From: an uncultured Lachnospiraceae bacterium
Lineage (GTDB): Bacteria > Bacillota > Clostridia > Lachnospirales > Lachnospiraceae
Reading direction: 5' to 3'
Length of the DNA stretch: 64,000 bases
Assembly (NCBI GenBank): GCA_947246015.1
Contig: CAMXQE010000007.1
Span: 16,171 to 80,170, forward strand
A program made the position numbers and the translations under genes. Below the pieces are notes generated by a model that made no database searches, was not told where the DNA came from, and saw only the letters and a list, made by a program, of their open reading frames with translations. Shown here in pieces: positions 10,618-21,053 of this stretch (positions are counted from its first letter, which is position 1; the number at the start of each line of letters is the position of its first letter).

Positions 10618-11406
10618 TTAAATTCCATGGCTGCGGTAAAAAGCAGCCAGCGCTTCTTCGGTACTGTCATAATCCAGCCGGATATCGTCTATGGTGCCGT
10701 CCAGTAAAATCTGTCCTTTGCCGATAAGGATAATCCGGCTGGTCAGGGCCTCGATATCCTGCATGTCGTGGGTGGTCAGTATGACAGTGGTATTCTGCTC
10801 CTGATTCAGCTGCCGGATAAAATCCCTCACTGCCAGCTTAGAGACGGCATCCAGACCGATGGTGGGTTCGTCCAGAAATAGAATGCGGGGACTATGTAAA
10901 AGGGAGGCAGCGATTTCGCAGCGCATCCGCTGTCCCAGCGAAAGTTGTCTGGCAGGGGTTTTCAACAGTTCCGAAAGATGCAGCATGTCGGTGAGACGTT
11001 CCAGATTCTGCTGATAGGTGTGGGCATCAATCCGGTAGATTTCCTTTAACAGTTCATAGGAATCCATCACGGGTACATCCCACCACAGCTGTGTGCGCTG
11101 TCCGAAGACTACGCCGATGCCGCGGGTGTGTTCGATGCGGTTTTTCCAAGGGGTGATTCCGTTGATGAGACAGGTGCCGTCATCCGGCGTGAGAATCCCG
11201 CTCAGGATTTTGATAGTAGAACTTTTTCCGGCGCCGTTGGGACCGATATAGCCCACCATTTCCCCCTCCCCGATGGTGAACGATACGTCGTTGAGCGCGT
11301 GAATGTACTCATATTCCCGATGGAACAGAGCTTTCCATGCCGAAGAAAATCCGGCGTCACGTTTAGAGACCTTATAGGTCTTGCTTACATGTTCTAATGT
11401 GATCAT
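10618..11406 (-). CDS. ABC transporter ATP-binding protein
   Basis: Walker A GPNGAGKS, LSLGQR signature, LFLDEPT; RBS AGGAGG before ATG 11406. Confidence 0.95.
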   Translation of the reverse strand: MITLEHVSKTYKVSKRDAGFSSAWKALFHREYEYIHALNDVSFTIGEGEMVGYIGPNGAGKSSTIKILSGILTPDDGTCLINGITPWKNRIEHTRGIGVVFGQRTQLWWDVPVMDSYELLKEIYRIDAHTYQQNLERLTDMLHLSELLKTPARQLSLGQRMRCEIAASLLHSPRILFLDEPTIGLDAVSKLAVRDFIRQLNQEQNTTVILTTHDMQDIEALTSRIILIGKGQILLDGTIDDIRLDYDSTEEALAAFYRSHGI

Positions 11407-11526
11407 GTCTGCTTCCTCCTGGTAGTAATGTGTGTTACATCTTGCCAAGCCGGTCTGTTATCGTTGGATTTTGCCAAAGAATTACCATAGGTAAGTATGT
11501 TGTGCCAAAAAGGCGATAGGAGTTTC

Positions 11527-11555
11527 AGAATAGCATGGCGCGGATGGGTTGTCAA
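11527..11555 (-). promoter_or_regulatory. Sigma-A promoter of the ABC operon
   Basis: TTGACA-17bp-TATTCT with extended TG on the minus strand. Confidence 0.6.
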
Positions 11556-11609
11556 GAGGTGATTTCTTTTGTGAAGACCAGAGTACAGGAAACGTCGTTT
11601 GCAGGTGCA

Positions 11610-12983
11610 TTAAAAATAATGGTATTTTTTTCTTTTAGCGGCAAAGAAGCAGACAGTCAGTACGGCCGCCAGCAGTTCTGCGGCTACGATTGCCAGCCAT
11701 ACTCCGTCAATCCCCAGCACGAGGGGCAGGAAGAAAACGGCGGTAATCTGGAAAACGAGGCTCCGCAGGAAAGAAATAGCAGCGGAGACCACACCGTTGT
11801 TCAGCGCTGTAAAGAAAGCCGAGCCCCATATGTTAATCCCCATCAATAAGAAAGCGAGGGCATACAGACGGAAACCGCGGCTGGTAATGGCGGACAGTTC
11901 CGCATCGTAACCTGCAAATATTTTGACCAAAGGAAGGTTTAACAACTCTGCCAGCAGGGTGAGGAAAATTCCGCCGCCGCCCATCAGCGCCCAGCCTTTG
12001 CGGAACAGATTTTTCAGCTCTCCATCGTTTCCGGCGCCGTAGTGGTAACTGACAATGGGCGAACTGCCGATGGAATAGCCCAGATAAACTGCCATAAAAA
12101 TAAAATTCACATACATGATGATGCCGTAAGCTGCCACACCATTTTCTCCTGCAAGGTGCATTAACTGGAAGTTATACAGGATATTCACCACGGAGGCGGA
12201 GAGGTTGGAAACCATTTCCGAGGAACCGTTGACGCAGGTTTTTAACAGGACGCTTCCTGTAAATTTAGTTTTTGTCAGCCGCAGAAGGCTGTCATTCTTT
12301 TTGAAAAAATAAATAAGCGGAATCACACCGCCCACCATCTGTCCCATGGCGGTAGCCAGTGCAGCACCGGCGATTCCCCAATGGAAAACGGCAATAAAAA
12401 GAAAGTCGAGCACAATGTTGGTGCATCCGGCAAAGACGGATATTTTCAGACTTAATTCCGGTTTTTCCGCAGTCACGAAAAAGCTGTTAAATACATTTTG
12501 CAGGACAAAAGGCATGGTGGACAGGAACAGAATTCTTCCATACAGAATGCAGTTGTCCAGCAATTCCCCCTCTGCGCCGAGGGCAGCGGATATCTGCGGG
12601 GTAAAAACAAAGCCGAGGACAGACAGGAGGAGACTGAGCACAGCTGCCGTATAAACCAACAGAGAAAAATATTGGTTTGCCAAATCCTTTTTCCCCTGCC
12701 CAAGCATCATGGAAACGAGGGCGCTTCCTCCGGTGCCAATCATAAAACCGATGGTTCCCAGTGCCATGGCAACAGGCATAATCAGGTTGACTGCGGCAAA
12801 AGGGGTCTTGCCTACAAAGTTGGATACGAAAAAACCATCTACAATACTGTACAGGGAAGTAAACATCATCATCAGGACCGGCGAGAGGACAAAACGGAGA
12901 AGTCTCCCGTATGTAAAGTGGTCGGATAACTGAATGCGGTTTTCCGGCTGTTCTTTTTTTATGTTCTGATTCCGCAGGTTCAT
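11610..12983 (-). CDS. MATE efflux transporter
   Basis: 12-TM pattern; LYSIVDGFFVSNFVG, GIAGAALAT, GIDGVWLA. Confidence 0.93.
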   Translation of the reverse strand: MNLRNQNIKKEQPENRIQLSDHFTYGRLLRFVLSPVLMMMFTSLYSIVDGFFVSNFVGKTPFAAVNLIMPVAMALGTIGFMIGTGGSALVSMMLGQGKKDLANQYFSLLVYTAAVLSLLLSVLGFVFTPQISAALGAEGELLDNCILYGRILFLSTMPFVLQNVFNSFFVTAEKPELSLKISVFAGCTNIVLDFLFIAVFHWGIAGAALATAMGQMVGGVIPLIYFFKKNDSLLRLTKTKFTGSVLLKTCVNGSSEMVSNLSASVVNILYNFQLMHLAGENGVAAYGIIMYVNFIFMAVYLGYSIGSSPIVSYHYGAGNDGELKNLFRKGWALMGGGGIFLTLLAELLNLPLVKIFAGYDAELSAITSRGFRLYALAFLLMGINIWGSAFFTALNNGVVSAAISFLRSLVFQITAVFFLPLVLGIDGVWLAIVAAELLAAVLTVCFFAAKRKKYHYF

Positions 12984-13453
12984 GAGCCTTCGCCCTCCTT
13001 TTCACCATGATATGCTAAGAGTTCCCCTGTATTTTTACGGAGCAGTTCCGTATATTTTTTCGTCAGTTCAAGAAGCTGCCGGGTTTCTGCTGCTGACATT
13101 TCTGCGAAAACCCTGTTTTCCGCATCGATGACCGGAGCAATATACGCCTCCGCAAACCGCTGTCCGTCGGCTGTCAGCTGCAGATGCATATCCCGGCCCT
13201 TTCCCGGAACCAGAGTAAGAAAACCTTTTGTTTTCAGATTCTTGATTGAGGAATTGACAGTCTGTTTGCTGATATAGTAATGCTCTGCAATATCTTTTTG
13301 CAGACAGCCGTCGCCGAATTCCACAATACAGTATAAAATATAAAACGCACTGTCGGACAGACCGGCATGAAGCGCCAGCTTATGATAAATTCCGTCCATT
13401 TCCTTATACAGATAATTAAATTCCTTCAGTTCCCGTTCCGGTCTGATATGCAT
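12980..13453 (-). CDS. MarR-family regulator
   Basis: QKDIAEHYYISKQTVNSSIKNL..KG winged HTH; overlaps the MATE start. Confidence 0.9.
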   Translation of the reverse strand: MHIRPERELKEFNYLYKEMDGIYHKLALHAGLSDSAFYILYCIVEFGDGCLQKDIAEHYYISKQTVNSSIKNLKTKGFLTLVPGKGRDMHLQLTADGQRFAEAYIAPVIDAENRVFAEMSAAETRQLLELTKKYTELLRKNTGELLAYHGEKEGEGS

Positions 13454-13545
13454 AGATACTGCCTCCTGTCTGAAAAGCTGTTAATAAATCCCCTGCGTTT
13501 TTTATCACCTATTATATAGATGCGTATTGGTATTACTACCTTGCG

Positions 13546-13605
13546 AGTCCGATTTCGTAGTCATGGTGTAAGAGGTATTATAGTCCGGTTTCGGATTCGT
13601 GTCAA
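13546..13605 (-). promoter_or_regulatory. Consensus sigma-A promoter with likely MarR operators
   Basis: TTGACA-17bp-TATAAT on the minus strand (13605-13577); imperfect palindrome AGTCCGGTTTCGGATT in the spacer, repeated as AGTCCGATTTCGTAGT at 13546. Confidence 0.7.
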
Positions 13606-13881
13606 CCATTTTTTGAGAGAACCGGATATCGAAAGTAACAATTCAGCCCAGGACTTTGCACTGGCTGCAAAGTCCGTAACAGGGAAGCCTAAGGCTGAAC
13701 TGTTCAGAAAAAATATAATAAATCATCGGCCGGGGTTCTTTTCTGCAGCCTCTGGCTGCGCCGGAGTGCGGCCGTTTGGACGGCAGGAACCGGAAAACGG
13801 CTTCCGCGGCCTGCTTCATAAACTGCTTTCCATCCTGTTTTCCCTATGGTAAAATAAAAAAGGCAGAAAGAGGGGAAAGGA

Positions 13882-14583
13882 ATGGGAAAAAGTATGAAGT
13901 ACGGATATTTGTTGTTTGATTTGGACGGCACGCTGACAGACCCGAAGGAAGGGATTACCAGGTCGGTGCAGTATGCGTTAAGATTTTTTGGAATTGAGGA
14001 GCCTGATTTGGACAGGCTGACGCCTTTTATCGGACCGCCGCTAAAGGGGAGTTTCATGGAATTTTATGGTTTCAGTGAGGAACAGGCGGAACAGGCAGTG
14101 GAAAAGTACAGGGAGTGGTTTATTCCCAAAGGTATTTTTCAGAACATGGTTTATGACGGAATCCCGCAGATGTTAAAGATTCTCAGGGAAAGTGGGAAGG
14201 CGCTGGCGGTGGCTTCCAGCAAGCCGCAGGAGTTTGTGGAAAAGATTTTGGAACATTTTGCGATTCGTGAGTACTTTTCCGTTGTGGTGGGAAGCTGCAT
14301 GGACGGCACAAGAGTGGAAAAGGAGGAAGTGGTAGAAGAAGCGTTGCGGCAGTTGGGAGCCGGGATGGATAATGAAACCGGGGCAGCCATGCCGGGAGTT
14401 TTGCATACATCCGGGACGGTAATGATAGGGGACCGGAAGTTTGATATTGAGGGCGGTAAGAAGCACGGGCTGGTAACGGTAGGCGTATCATTCGGATATG
14501 CGGAAGCGGGGGAACTGGAAAGTGCGGGCGCAGATTATATTGTGGATACGGTAGGGGAGCTGGAGCGGGTTCTGATGCAGTGA
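13882..14583 (+). CDS. HAD-family hydrolase (phosphoglycolate phosphatase/5'-nucleotidase-like)
   Basis: FDLDGTLTD motif I, MIGDRKFDIEG motif IV. Confidence 0.9.
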   Translation: MGKSMKYGYLLFDLDGTLTDPKEGITRSVQYALRFFGIEEPDLDRLTPFIGPPLKGSFMEFYGFSEEQAEQAVEKYREWFIPKGIFQNMVYDGIPQMLKILRESGKALAVASSKPQEFVEKILEHFAIREYFSVVVGSCMDGTRVEKEEVVEEALRQLGAGMDNETGAAMPGVLHTSGTVMIGDRKFDIEGGKKHGLVTVGVSFGYAEAGELESAGADYIVDTVGELERVLMQ

Positions 14584-14596
14584 AGGAGGAGGCAGA

Positions 14597-15487
14597 ATGA
14601 AGAAGATTGGCGGTATATTACTGCCGTTTGCGGTGTATTTTGTGGTACATGACCTGGCCTCCATATTGCTGGTATTTTTAGCAGGAATGGGAAGGAGCCT
14701 GTTTGGGGACGGGTATTGGGAATTTGTGGAGACTCATTCTGCATCAGTGTATGGGATTCTGAACGGACTGTCTCTGTGCATTGGAATGGCGGCGGTCCTG
14801 CCGCTGGCAAAGGGAGAGCTGCATTGGAGGAGTCTGACGGCACATGCAGGGGCAGATGGAACGAATGGAGCGTGTAAAAGCGAAAGCACAGTTCCTTTCG
14901 GGGTGAGATATGTATTGCTTATAGTCTGGGCAGTGTCTCTGGCAGTCGGGATGAATTTTCTGCTGACGCTTACAGGGCTTACGGAACAGTCGGCAAATTA
15001 TACGGAAATTTCCGAAAGGCAGTACGGGGTTGCTTTCGGGCTGGGGCTTTTTCTGTATGGGGCGGTTTCTCCTGCAGCAGAGGAAATTGTTTTCCGGGGC
15101 GTGATTTACAACCGGATGCGGAAGTGTTTTCGGGCGGTGCCGTCTGTTTTGCTTTGCGGTATTTTATTCGGAGTGTACCATGGAAATCTGGTACAGGGAA
15201 TATACGGGTGTGTGCTGGGAGTCGTGATTACTCTGGTTTATGAGTGGTATGGGAGTCTGTGGGCTCCGGTATTGTTCCACGGGGCGGCGAATGTGAGTGT
15301 GTTTGCGCTAAGCTATGATGCGGAAGTGTTCCGCAGGGCGGCAACGCCTGTATATTGCGTCATATTGCTTGCAGTTTCGGTTTTGGCAGGTGTTTTCACC
15401 GGGCGCATATGTGTTAGGGACATTGGTTCGCAGGCGGGTCTTTTTCAGGACAGTCTGCAAAGAAAACGTGTGAAAAAAGAGAGGTAG
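14597..15487 (+). CDS. CPBP (CAAX/Abi) intramembrane metalloprotease
   Basis: EEIVFRG, FGVYH and HGAAN motifs within TM helices. Confidence 0.9.
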   Translation: MKKIGGILLPFAVYFVVHDLASILLVFLAGMGRSLFGDGYWEFVETHSASVYGILNGLSLCIGMAAVLPLAKGELHWRSLTAHAGADGTNGACKSESTVPFGVRYVLLIVWAVSLAVGMNFLLTLTGLTEQSANYTEISERQYGVAFGLGLFLYGAVSPAAEEIVFRGVIYNRMRKCFRAVPSVLLCGILFGVYHGNLVQGIYGCVLGVVITLVYEWYGSLWAPVLFHGAANVSVFALSYDAEVFRRAATPVYCVILLAVSVLAGVFTGRICVRDIGSQAGLFQDSLQRKRVKKER

Positions 15488-15490
15488 AAA

Positions 15491-16600
15491 ATGGGTAGGG
15501 AAGCAAAACAATGTAAACAGTGCGGGAGGGAAATCTATTTTGACGGAATCTGTGTTTCCTGCCGTGCAGAAAATGAGAGAAAGGAAATTCAGGATTTATC
15601 CACACAAGAGGTGGAAGAAAAGATAGAGTATATCTGTGCCAATATCAGGGAAATTGAGAATTGGAAAGAGACTTATGATTTGTGTAAGCTGCTGATTCGG
15701 TACAAGGATATCAATACATGTAAGATTGCCGAAGCAGCATGGAAAGAGAGGGTTCTGCGGTATCAGGATTTATACAAAGATGCACCGGAACAGATTGTGG
15801 ATGAGATGATTGCGGTGCTGATGGACGACAATACGGATTCCGGTACGGCGGGACGCCTGCTACTCTGTCTTGCGGCAGCAGGAGGAGAGAAGGTATTCCA
15901 GACATTCCTTACGCTGGAAAAGCAGCCGCGTAAGTGGCAGGAGAAGTTATATGTGAATCCGTCGGTCTATGCGACTTATGGCGGCTGGTCTTATGACGGG
16001 AATGGGACGTTCCGGCAGACAAATTTCGGAAAGTGTTATCCCATGGTGAAAGGGACGGCCGGGGAGAAAGAGAAAAGTCCTGTAAAAATCGGCAGGAAGA
16101 CGAAGGAAAACTGCCCTCACTGCGGCTGCCGGATTGTGAATCTCATGGAAATTGACGGACGCGACCCCCGCCTGGATTTTCTGGGGATTCCGGGAACGGT
16201 GAAGGCAAAGTGTTGTCCGAACTGTTTTCCCTATGAGGAAGGGGGATACTGCCGTTATGAAATAGACGGCGAGAGTGAAATCATCCCTTATGAGGCATGG
16301 GAATGTGAAAACTATCTGGGGGAGGACGGGATTGAAGAACTGGCAGGTAATACTTATGTGCTTGGAGATACTCCGGTTCCCCTGCGGTATGCCGCGGACT
16401 GGGAAGGCGGTTCTTCCGTAGGCGGCTTTGCATTCTGGATTCAGGATTGTGAAATTAAGATGTGTCCCGATTGCGGAAAGCCGATGATGTATCTGGCGCA
16501 GATACAGTGGGATACGGTGCTGGACAATATGGAGGGAAATGCGTACATCGAAATCTGCAGGGACTGTAGAATCATGGTTGTAATGCATCAGCAGACATGA
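15491..16600 (+). CDS. Cys-rich hypothetical protein with several CxxC pairs
   Basis: Long ORF with CKQC/CVSC, CPHC, CCPNC, CPDC, CRDC; C-terminus ends in QQT. Confidence 0.7.
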   Translation: MGREAKQCKQCGREIYFDGICVSCRAENERKEIQDLSTQEVEEKIEYICANIREIENWKETYDLCKLLIRYKDINTCKIAEAAWKERVLRYQDLYKDAPEQIVDEMIAVLMDDNTDSGTAGRLLLCLAAAGGEKVFQTFLTLEKQPRKWQEKLYVNPSVYATYGGWSYDGNGTFRQTNFGKCYPMVKGTAGEKEKSPVKIGRKTKENCPHCGCRIVNLMEIDGRDPRLDFLGIPGTVKAKCCPNCFPYEEGGYCRYEIDGESEIIPYEAWECENYLGEDGIEELAGNTYVLGDTPVPLRYAADWEGGSSVGGFAFWIQDCEIKMCPDCGKPMMYLAQIQWDTVLDNMEGNAYIEICRDCRIMVVMHQQT

Positions 16601-16633
16601 GCGGAAGAAAAGGGTGTTTGGAGCTGTACCGGT

Positions 16634-17845
16634 TTATGGTTCCTGCATACAGCGGATAAGGCGGAAGACCTGCTCCGATGCGGCGCGCAGGTTCCGTCTC
16701 GCCTGTTCCGGCTGCATGGCATCCGGTAAGGACTGTATGGTGCGGAGAACAGGGAAAAAGGCGTCGATACCGTGTGCGTTGCAGACCGTGGCATCTTCGG
16801 TCACGCATCCGGAAAAGGCAAGGACTTTTTTGCCGTGTTTCTTTGCCAGCTGCGTTGCGCCTATGGGGGCTTTTCCATAGATGGTCTGTCCGTCCAGCCG
16901 TCCTTCGCCGGTGATTACGATATCGGCAGTCCTGATATAATCTTCCAGTCTGGTTTCTTCCAAAACAATCTGTATTCCGGATTCCAGTACGGCATTTGTG
17001 TAGGAGAGGAAAGCGAATCCAAGGCCGCCTGCTGCTCCTGTCCCGGCCTGTCCGGCATCGGCGCGGGGATATTTATCCATCGTGAGTGCGGCATAGTGTG
17101 CAAGCCATGCATCCATCCGGGATATCATATCCGGGGTGGCTCCTTTTTGCGGACCGAATACGGCACTGCATCCCTGCGGGCCGCACAGAGGATTGGTGAC
17201 GTCACAGGCAATCCGGAAGGTGCATTCCCTGAGTTCAGGGATTACGGATGTATCTGTAATGGTTTCCAGTCTGCTTAATCCTTTGGCACCGGAGGGAATC
17301 TGTTTTCCGTTTTTATCCAGCAAGCCGTATCCGAAAGACTGAAGCATTCCCGCGCCGCCGTCGTTGGTGGCGCTGCCTCCGATTCCAACGATGAAGCGCC
17401 GGCAGCCTTTGGCAATGGCGTCTTTGATGATTTCTCCTACCCCGCGGGTGGTGGTGTGCAGGGGATTTTTGTCTTTGGCATCTATCAGGGTGATTCCTGC
17501 GGCGGCGGACATTTCCAGAACAGCGGTTTTACCGCTTTCTGAGGTTATGTTTTTCACATTTTTTTCCTTTGTATGTTCCTGTGCTTCTGCTTTCATTTTC
17601 CCGTTCAGGATTCCGTAGGAACATTTTACGGGAGTCCCTAAGGGACCTGTGACCTGTATGGGTTCCAGGGTTCCGTTCATGCCGGATGTCAGAGCTTCCA
17701 CGGTGCCCTCGCCTCCGTCGGCAAGCGGACGGACGCAGACTTCCGCTTGGGGCATTGCTTTTTTTATACCTTCTTTTACAGCCTCTCCTGCTTCTAAAGA
17801 GGACAGGCTTCCTTTGAAAGAATCCATGGCTATGACAATTTTCAT
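16634..17845 (-). CDS. garK: Glycerate kinase
   Basis: MKIVIAMDSFKGSL, PLADGGEGT, GIGGSATNDGGAG, ITGEGRLDGQT. Confidence 0.93.
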   Translation of the reverse strand: MKIVIAMDSFKGSLSSLEAGEAVKEGIKKAMPQAEVCVRPLADGGEGTVEALTSGMNGTLEPIQVTGPLGTPVKCSYGILNGKMKAEAQEHTKEKNVKNITSESGKTAVLEMSAAAGITLIDAKDKNPLHTTTRGVGEIIKDAIAKGCRRFIVGIGGSATNDGGAGMLQSFGYGLLDKNGKQIPSGAKGLSRLETITDTSVIPELRECTFRIACDVTNPLCGPQGCSAVFGPQKGATPDMISRMDAWLAHYAALTMDKYPRADAGQAGTGAAGGLGFAFLSYTNAVLESGIQIVLEETRLEDYIRTADIVITGEGRLDGQTIYGKAPIGATQLAKKHGKKVLAFSGCVTEDATVCNAHGIDAFFPVLRTIQSLPDAMQPEQARRNLRAASEQVFRLIRCMQEP

Positions 17846-17948
17846 TTTATTTTTCCTTTCGGCAGTTATCAGATAAGGATATTATACGCCTGTCTGCTGA
17901 AGCCGGCGGTGAAAAGCAGCTGGAATCAGCCTGTATGGGAAAAAGCCG

Positions 17949-18548
17949 TTACTGTTTTTTATCCGCCCTGTCTTTTCCCCTGAATTCTTTTTCCACATGG
18001 CAGTGTTCCTGTATGGCGGTAAGAGTAGTTTCCTCAAAATCCAGTTCTATGATATACGGCATCCAGTCAATGATGCGCAGGAAATCTTTGCATCCAAACT
18101 GTGGGTGATAAAAATTCAGAATGGTGCTGAGCGCTGTCCCATGGGTTCCGATGACAATGTTTTTGTCTTTGTTTCCGGCTAGAATTTCCGTAAGGGCGGC
18201 GATATTTCTTTCCTGTACCATGCGGAGGGACTCACCGTTTTCTTCATGGTAATTGTGGTCATTCCACCGCTTTTCAAACATACCGCAGACATTGCCGTTT
18301 TCACCTTTTGCCCGTTCCCGCAGTCTCTCGTCCGTAAGGATTTCTTTTCCATAATAAGATGCGGTATCCGCGATGGTATCCATGCTCCGTTTATACGGAC
18401 TGCAGTAAAAGATATCGATGGATTTGTCTTTTAGCGTATCCAGTACGATTCCGGAGTCGGCTTTTTCTTCTGCGGTCAGAGGTCTGGTGCGGTCGTCGCA
18501 CCAGTCATGTTCAGGCTGGGCATGACGCACGAAGTATACTTTTGTCAT
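17949..18548 (-). CDS. Histidine phosphatase family protein
   Basis: VYFVRHA, SPYKRS, LRER, THG motifs. Confidence 0.88.
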   Translation of the reverse strand: MTKVYFVRHAQPEHDWCDDRTRPLTAEEKADSGIVLDTLKDKSIDIFYCSPYKRSMDTIADTASYYGKEILTDERLRERAKGENGNVCGMFEKRWNDHNYHEENGESLRMVQERNIAALTEILAGNKDKNIVIGTHGTALSTILNFYHPQFGCKDFLRIIDWMPYIIELDFEETTLTAIQEHCHVEKEFRGKDRADKKQ

Positions 18549-18572
18549 GGTGTAGTCTCCTTTCGGTCTATA

Positions 18573-18836
18573 TTATGACAGATATTTTTTAGAGGCTTCC
18601 GGGCTTAGATGATACTGTTCCTGGATGTTGGCCAGAATGGTCTGTGTAGGAACCCCTAAATTTTTTAATATGGAAACCGTTCCTTCGATACCTTCTCTTT
18701 TTATCGTTTTTGCTTCATATTCTATATTTCCGCCCGGTGTGACCATCCGGATTTTCATTTTATCCGGTGCAGAGGCATTAGAACGCAGAAAAAGTACAGC
18801 AGAATGCGGTAGTGTTACAGTAAGAATATTGTCCAT
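18573..18836 (-). pseudogene. Internally deleted remnant of an Rpn/PD-(D/E)XK-transposase-like gene
   Basis: LTVTLPHSAVLFLRS..PDKMKIRMVTPGG joined directly to an EGIEG...IQEQYHLSPEASKKYL-type C-terminus; no catalytic N-terminus. Confidence 0.5.
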
Positions 18837-19069
18837 TAAATCGTTCTCCTTTTTTATATTCTACCATATCCCATAGGATTACTCAATTGGAAACATATTT
18901 TTTGGAGTGGGAAGACAATGCTGTTTTCATTAACTTTCAGGGCAGCTTAGTCCCCGAAAACGGCAGCATACCGCCTCACATCTTGCGCAATAAAAAATGT
19001 CTGATAAAATAAGGGAAAGTCAGAGCGTGTTTGAAAATTCATTCCCGCTCAGAAAAGGAGGTACGCAGT

Positions 19070-19531
19070 TTGCGGATTCAGGTGGAGATTCAGGAGGATA
19101 TTCCGGAAACGGTCATTACGATAAAATGCAGGGAGAAAAGTGCCTATATTGATAAATTAGTAGCGGCATTAAAGGTAACAGACAGGCAGATTGCGGTAGC
19201 ATATGGCGGAAATGTGACGGTGCTGGATTTGGAACAGGTCTTGTATATTGAGGCGGTGGATGGCAAGTGTTTTGTTTATACGGTGGAACATGCTTACGAA
19301 TCAGAACAGCGGCTGTATGAGCTGGAACGCCAGTTAGGGCAGTACATGTTTCTGCGTATTGGCAAGTCAGTGATTGTAAACCTGAAAAATATAAAATCCA
19401 TCCAAACATATGTGGACAGGAGGCTTCTGCTCACGATGAGCAATGGAGAGCAGCTCATTGTGTCCAGGCAGTATGCGGAGGATATGAAGGAAATCCTTGG
19501 AGTAAAAGGGAAAATGTTCCGGAGGAAGTAA
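19070..19531 (+). CDS. LytTR-domain DNA-binding protein
   Basis: VLYIEAVD, RLYELE, FLRIGKSVIVNL, VSRQY; RBS AAGGAGG before TTG 19070. Confidence 0.9.
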   Translation: MRIQVEIQEDIPETVITIKCREKSAYIDKLVAALKVTDRQIAVAYGGNVTVLDLEQVLYIEAVDGKCFVYTVEHAYESEQRLYELERQLGQYMFLRIGKSVIVNLKNIKSIQTYVDRRLLLTMSNGEQLIVSRQYAEDMKEILGVKGKMFRRK

Positions 19532-19551
19532 AAAGGAGAAAGGGTAGAAGA

Positions 19552-19717
19552 ATGGAAAAGAGGAGGAGGAAAAGAAGGAATAGAAAAAGAATAAAAAAAG
19601 AATAGAAAACGAAAGGATGAAAAAAGAATAGATGAAAAAAGAATAGATGGAAAAAGATTAGATGGATATAAGATTAGATAGATATAAGAATAGATAGAAA
19701 AGAAAGGATGGAAAAGG
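19552..19717 (+). repeat. Purine-rich degenerate ~15-bp tandem repeat
   Basis: AAAAAGAATAGATG(A/G)-like units repeated about 6 times with drift. Confidence 0.6.
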
Positions 19718-20218
19718 ATGGAAGATAGAAAACATTTTACCGTTTATTTCGGGCAGGTTTTTACTATTTTCGGTATTACACTGCTGGTGATTGCTGTGAT
19801 TTGCAGTGTGGTCGGGGAGGAAGCGCAGGAGTATTCTACTATGTTTGCCATGGGGAGCAGGGCGGTTCCGCTGGATACGGTCTTTCAGTATCTGCTGTCG
19901 TCTGCCTGTATTGTTTTCTTACGATTTATATTTTTTTCGGACATATGGCTGAAAAAGACGGGCGTGGCAAAAAGAACCGTCAGCATGTGCGCCTCGGTCA
20001 TAATTCTGATTGGTGTGTTTGCCTGGCTCTTTGGGTGGTTTCCGGTGGATGATTTAAAATGCTGGATAAGTTTTCTGGTCAGTTTTGGAATCTGCTTTGC
20101 AGTCAGCGCAGTTGGCTCGGTCTGGAAGGAACGGGCGGAAAATCAGCGGCTTGCGTGCGGATTAGAGAATTTAAAGGAGGAATATTGTGGAGAAGCAGAT
20201 TTTAATAAAAGCAGATAA
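19718..20218 (+). CDS. DUF3021-like membrane protein
   Basis: 4 TM helices with GWFP motif, downstream of LytTR as is typical. Confidence 0.7.
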   Translation: MEDRKHFTVYFGQVFTIFGITLLVIAVICSVVGEEAQEYSTMFAMGSRAVPLDTVFQYLLSSACIVFLRFIFFSDIWLKKTGVAKRTVSMCASVIILIGVFAWLFGWFPVDDLKCWISFLVSFGICFAVSAVGSVWKERAENQRLACGLENLKEEYCGEADFNKSR

Positions 20219-21053
20219 CCTGACACATTCCTACGGGGGAAAAGAAGTACTGGACCATATTACCTTTCAGGTAGAGAAAGGCAGGGTGATAGGGCTTCTG
20301 GGACCGTCGGGCGCAGGCAAAACTACGCTGGTCAATATTATGACCCGTCAGATAAAACCAACCGGAGGAACAGTGAAAACGGCAGGAGAGGAACGGGGCG
20401 GAAAGAATGTACCTGTCACTGGAATTATGATGGACAGCTTCGGGTTGTATGAAAGACTGTCAGTCTGGGACAATATGAAAATATTTGCAAAGATATACGG
20501 TGTTTCCGGGGAGCGGATAGAGGAACTGCTGGAAAAAGCAGAACTGGTGCAGGCAGGGAAGACACTGGTAAGCAGACTGTCCAAGGGAATGCGGAACCGG
20601 GTTAATTTCTGCCGCGCCCTTTTGAAGAAAGCGGATATTTTATATCTGGATGAGCCGACCTCCGGTCTGGACCCGGCGACTACGGAGAAAATCCACGAGC
20701 TGATTCTGAAGGAGAAGAATGCCGGAACCACGGTCTTTCTGACCACTCATAACATGCACGAGGCAGAACTGCTTTGCGATGATATCCTTCTGCTGAATGA
20801 GGGAAAGATTGTGGAGCACGGAAGCCCGAAAGAAATATGCAGGAAGTATAATTCTGTCAACAGCATAGAGGTGGTGTTGAAAAACGGGGAAACCCATATA
20901 ATCCCCAATGCGGGAGAAAGTGCGGCAGTTTTGGCAAAATGGATGGATGCGGAGGAAATCTTAAGTATGCATTCTTCCGAACCGGATTTGGAAAAGGTGT
21001 TTATGCTTCTCACAGGGAGAAAGCTAAACGGAAATGAGGCGGATTATGAATAA
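20187..21053 (+). CDS. ABC transporter ATP-binding protein
   Basis: GPSGAGKT, LSKGMR, LYLDEPTSGLDP. Confidence 0.94.
   Translation: MEKQILIKADNLTHSYGGKEVLDHITFQVEKGRVIGLLGPSGAGKTTLVNIMTRQIKPTGGTVKTAGEERGGKNVPVTGIMMDSFGLYERLSVWDNMKIFAKIYGVSGERIEELLEKAELVQAGKTLVSRLSKGMRNRVNFCRALLKKADILYLDEPTSGLDPATTEKIHELILKEKNAGTTVFLTTHNMHEAELLCDDILLLNEGKIVEHGSPKEICRKYNSVNSIEVVLKNGETHIIPNAGESAAVLAKWMDAEEILSMHSSEPDLEKVFMLLTGRKLNGNEADYE

Noticed and set aside
11443-11508. Three TGCCAA hexamers in the ABC operon leader
   Set aside because: Too short and irregularly spaced (29 and 31 bp) to distinguish from chance.
19552-19605. Basic micro-ORF MEKRRRKRRNRKRIKKE
   Set aside because: A product of low-complexity purine-rich sequence; no independent support.
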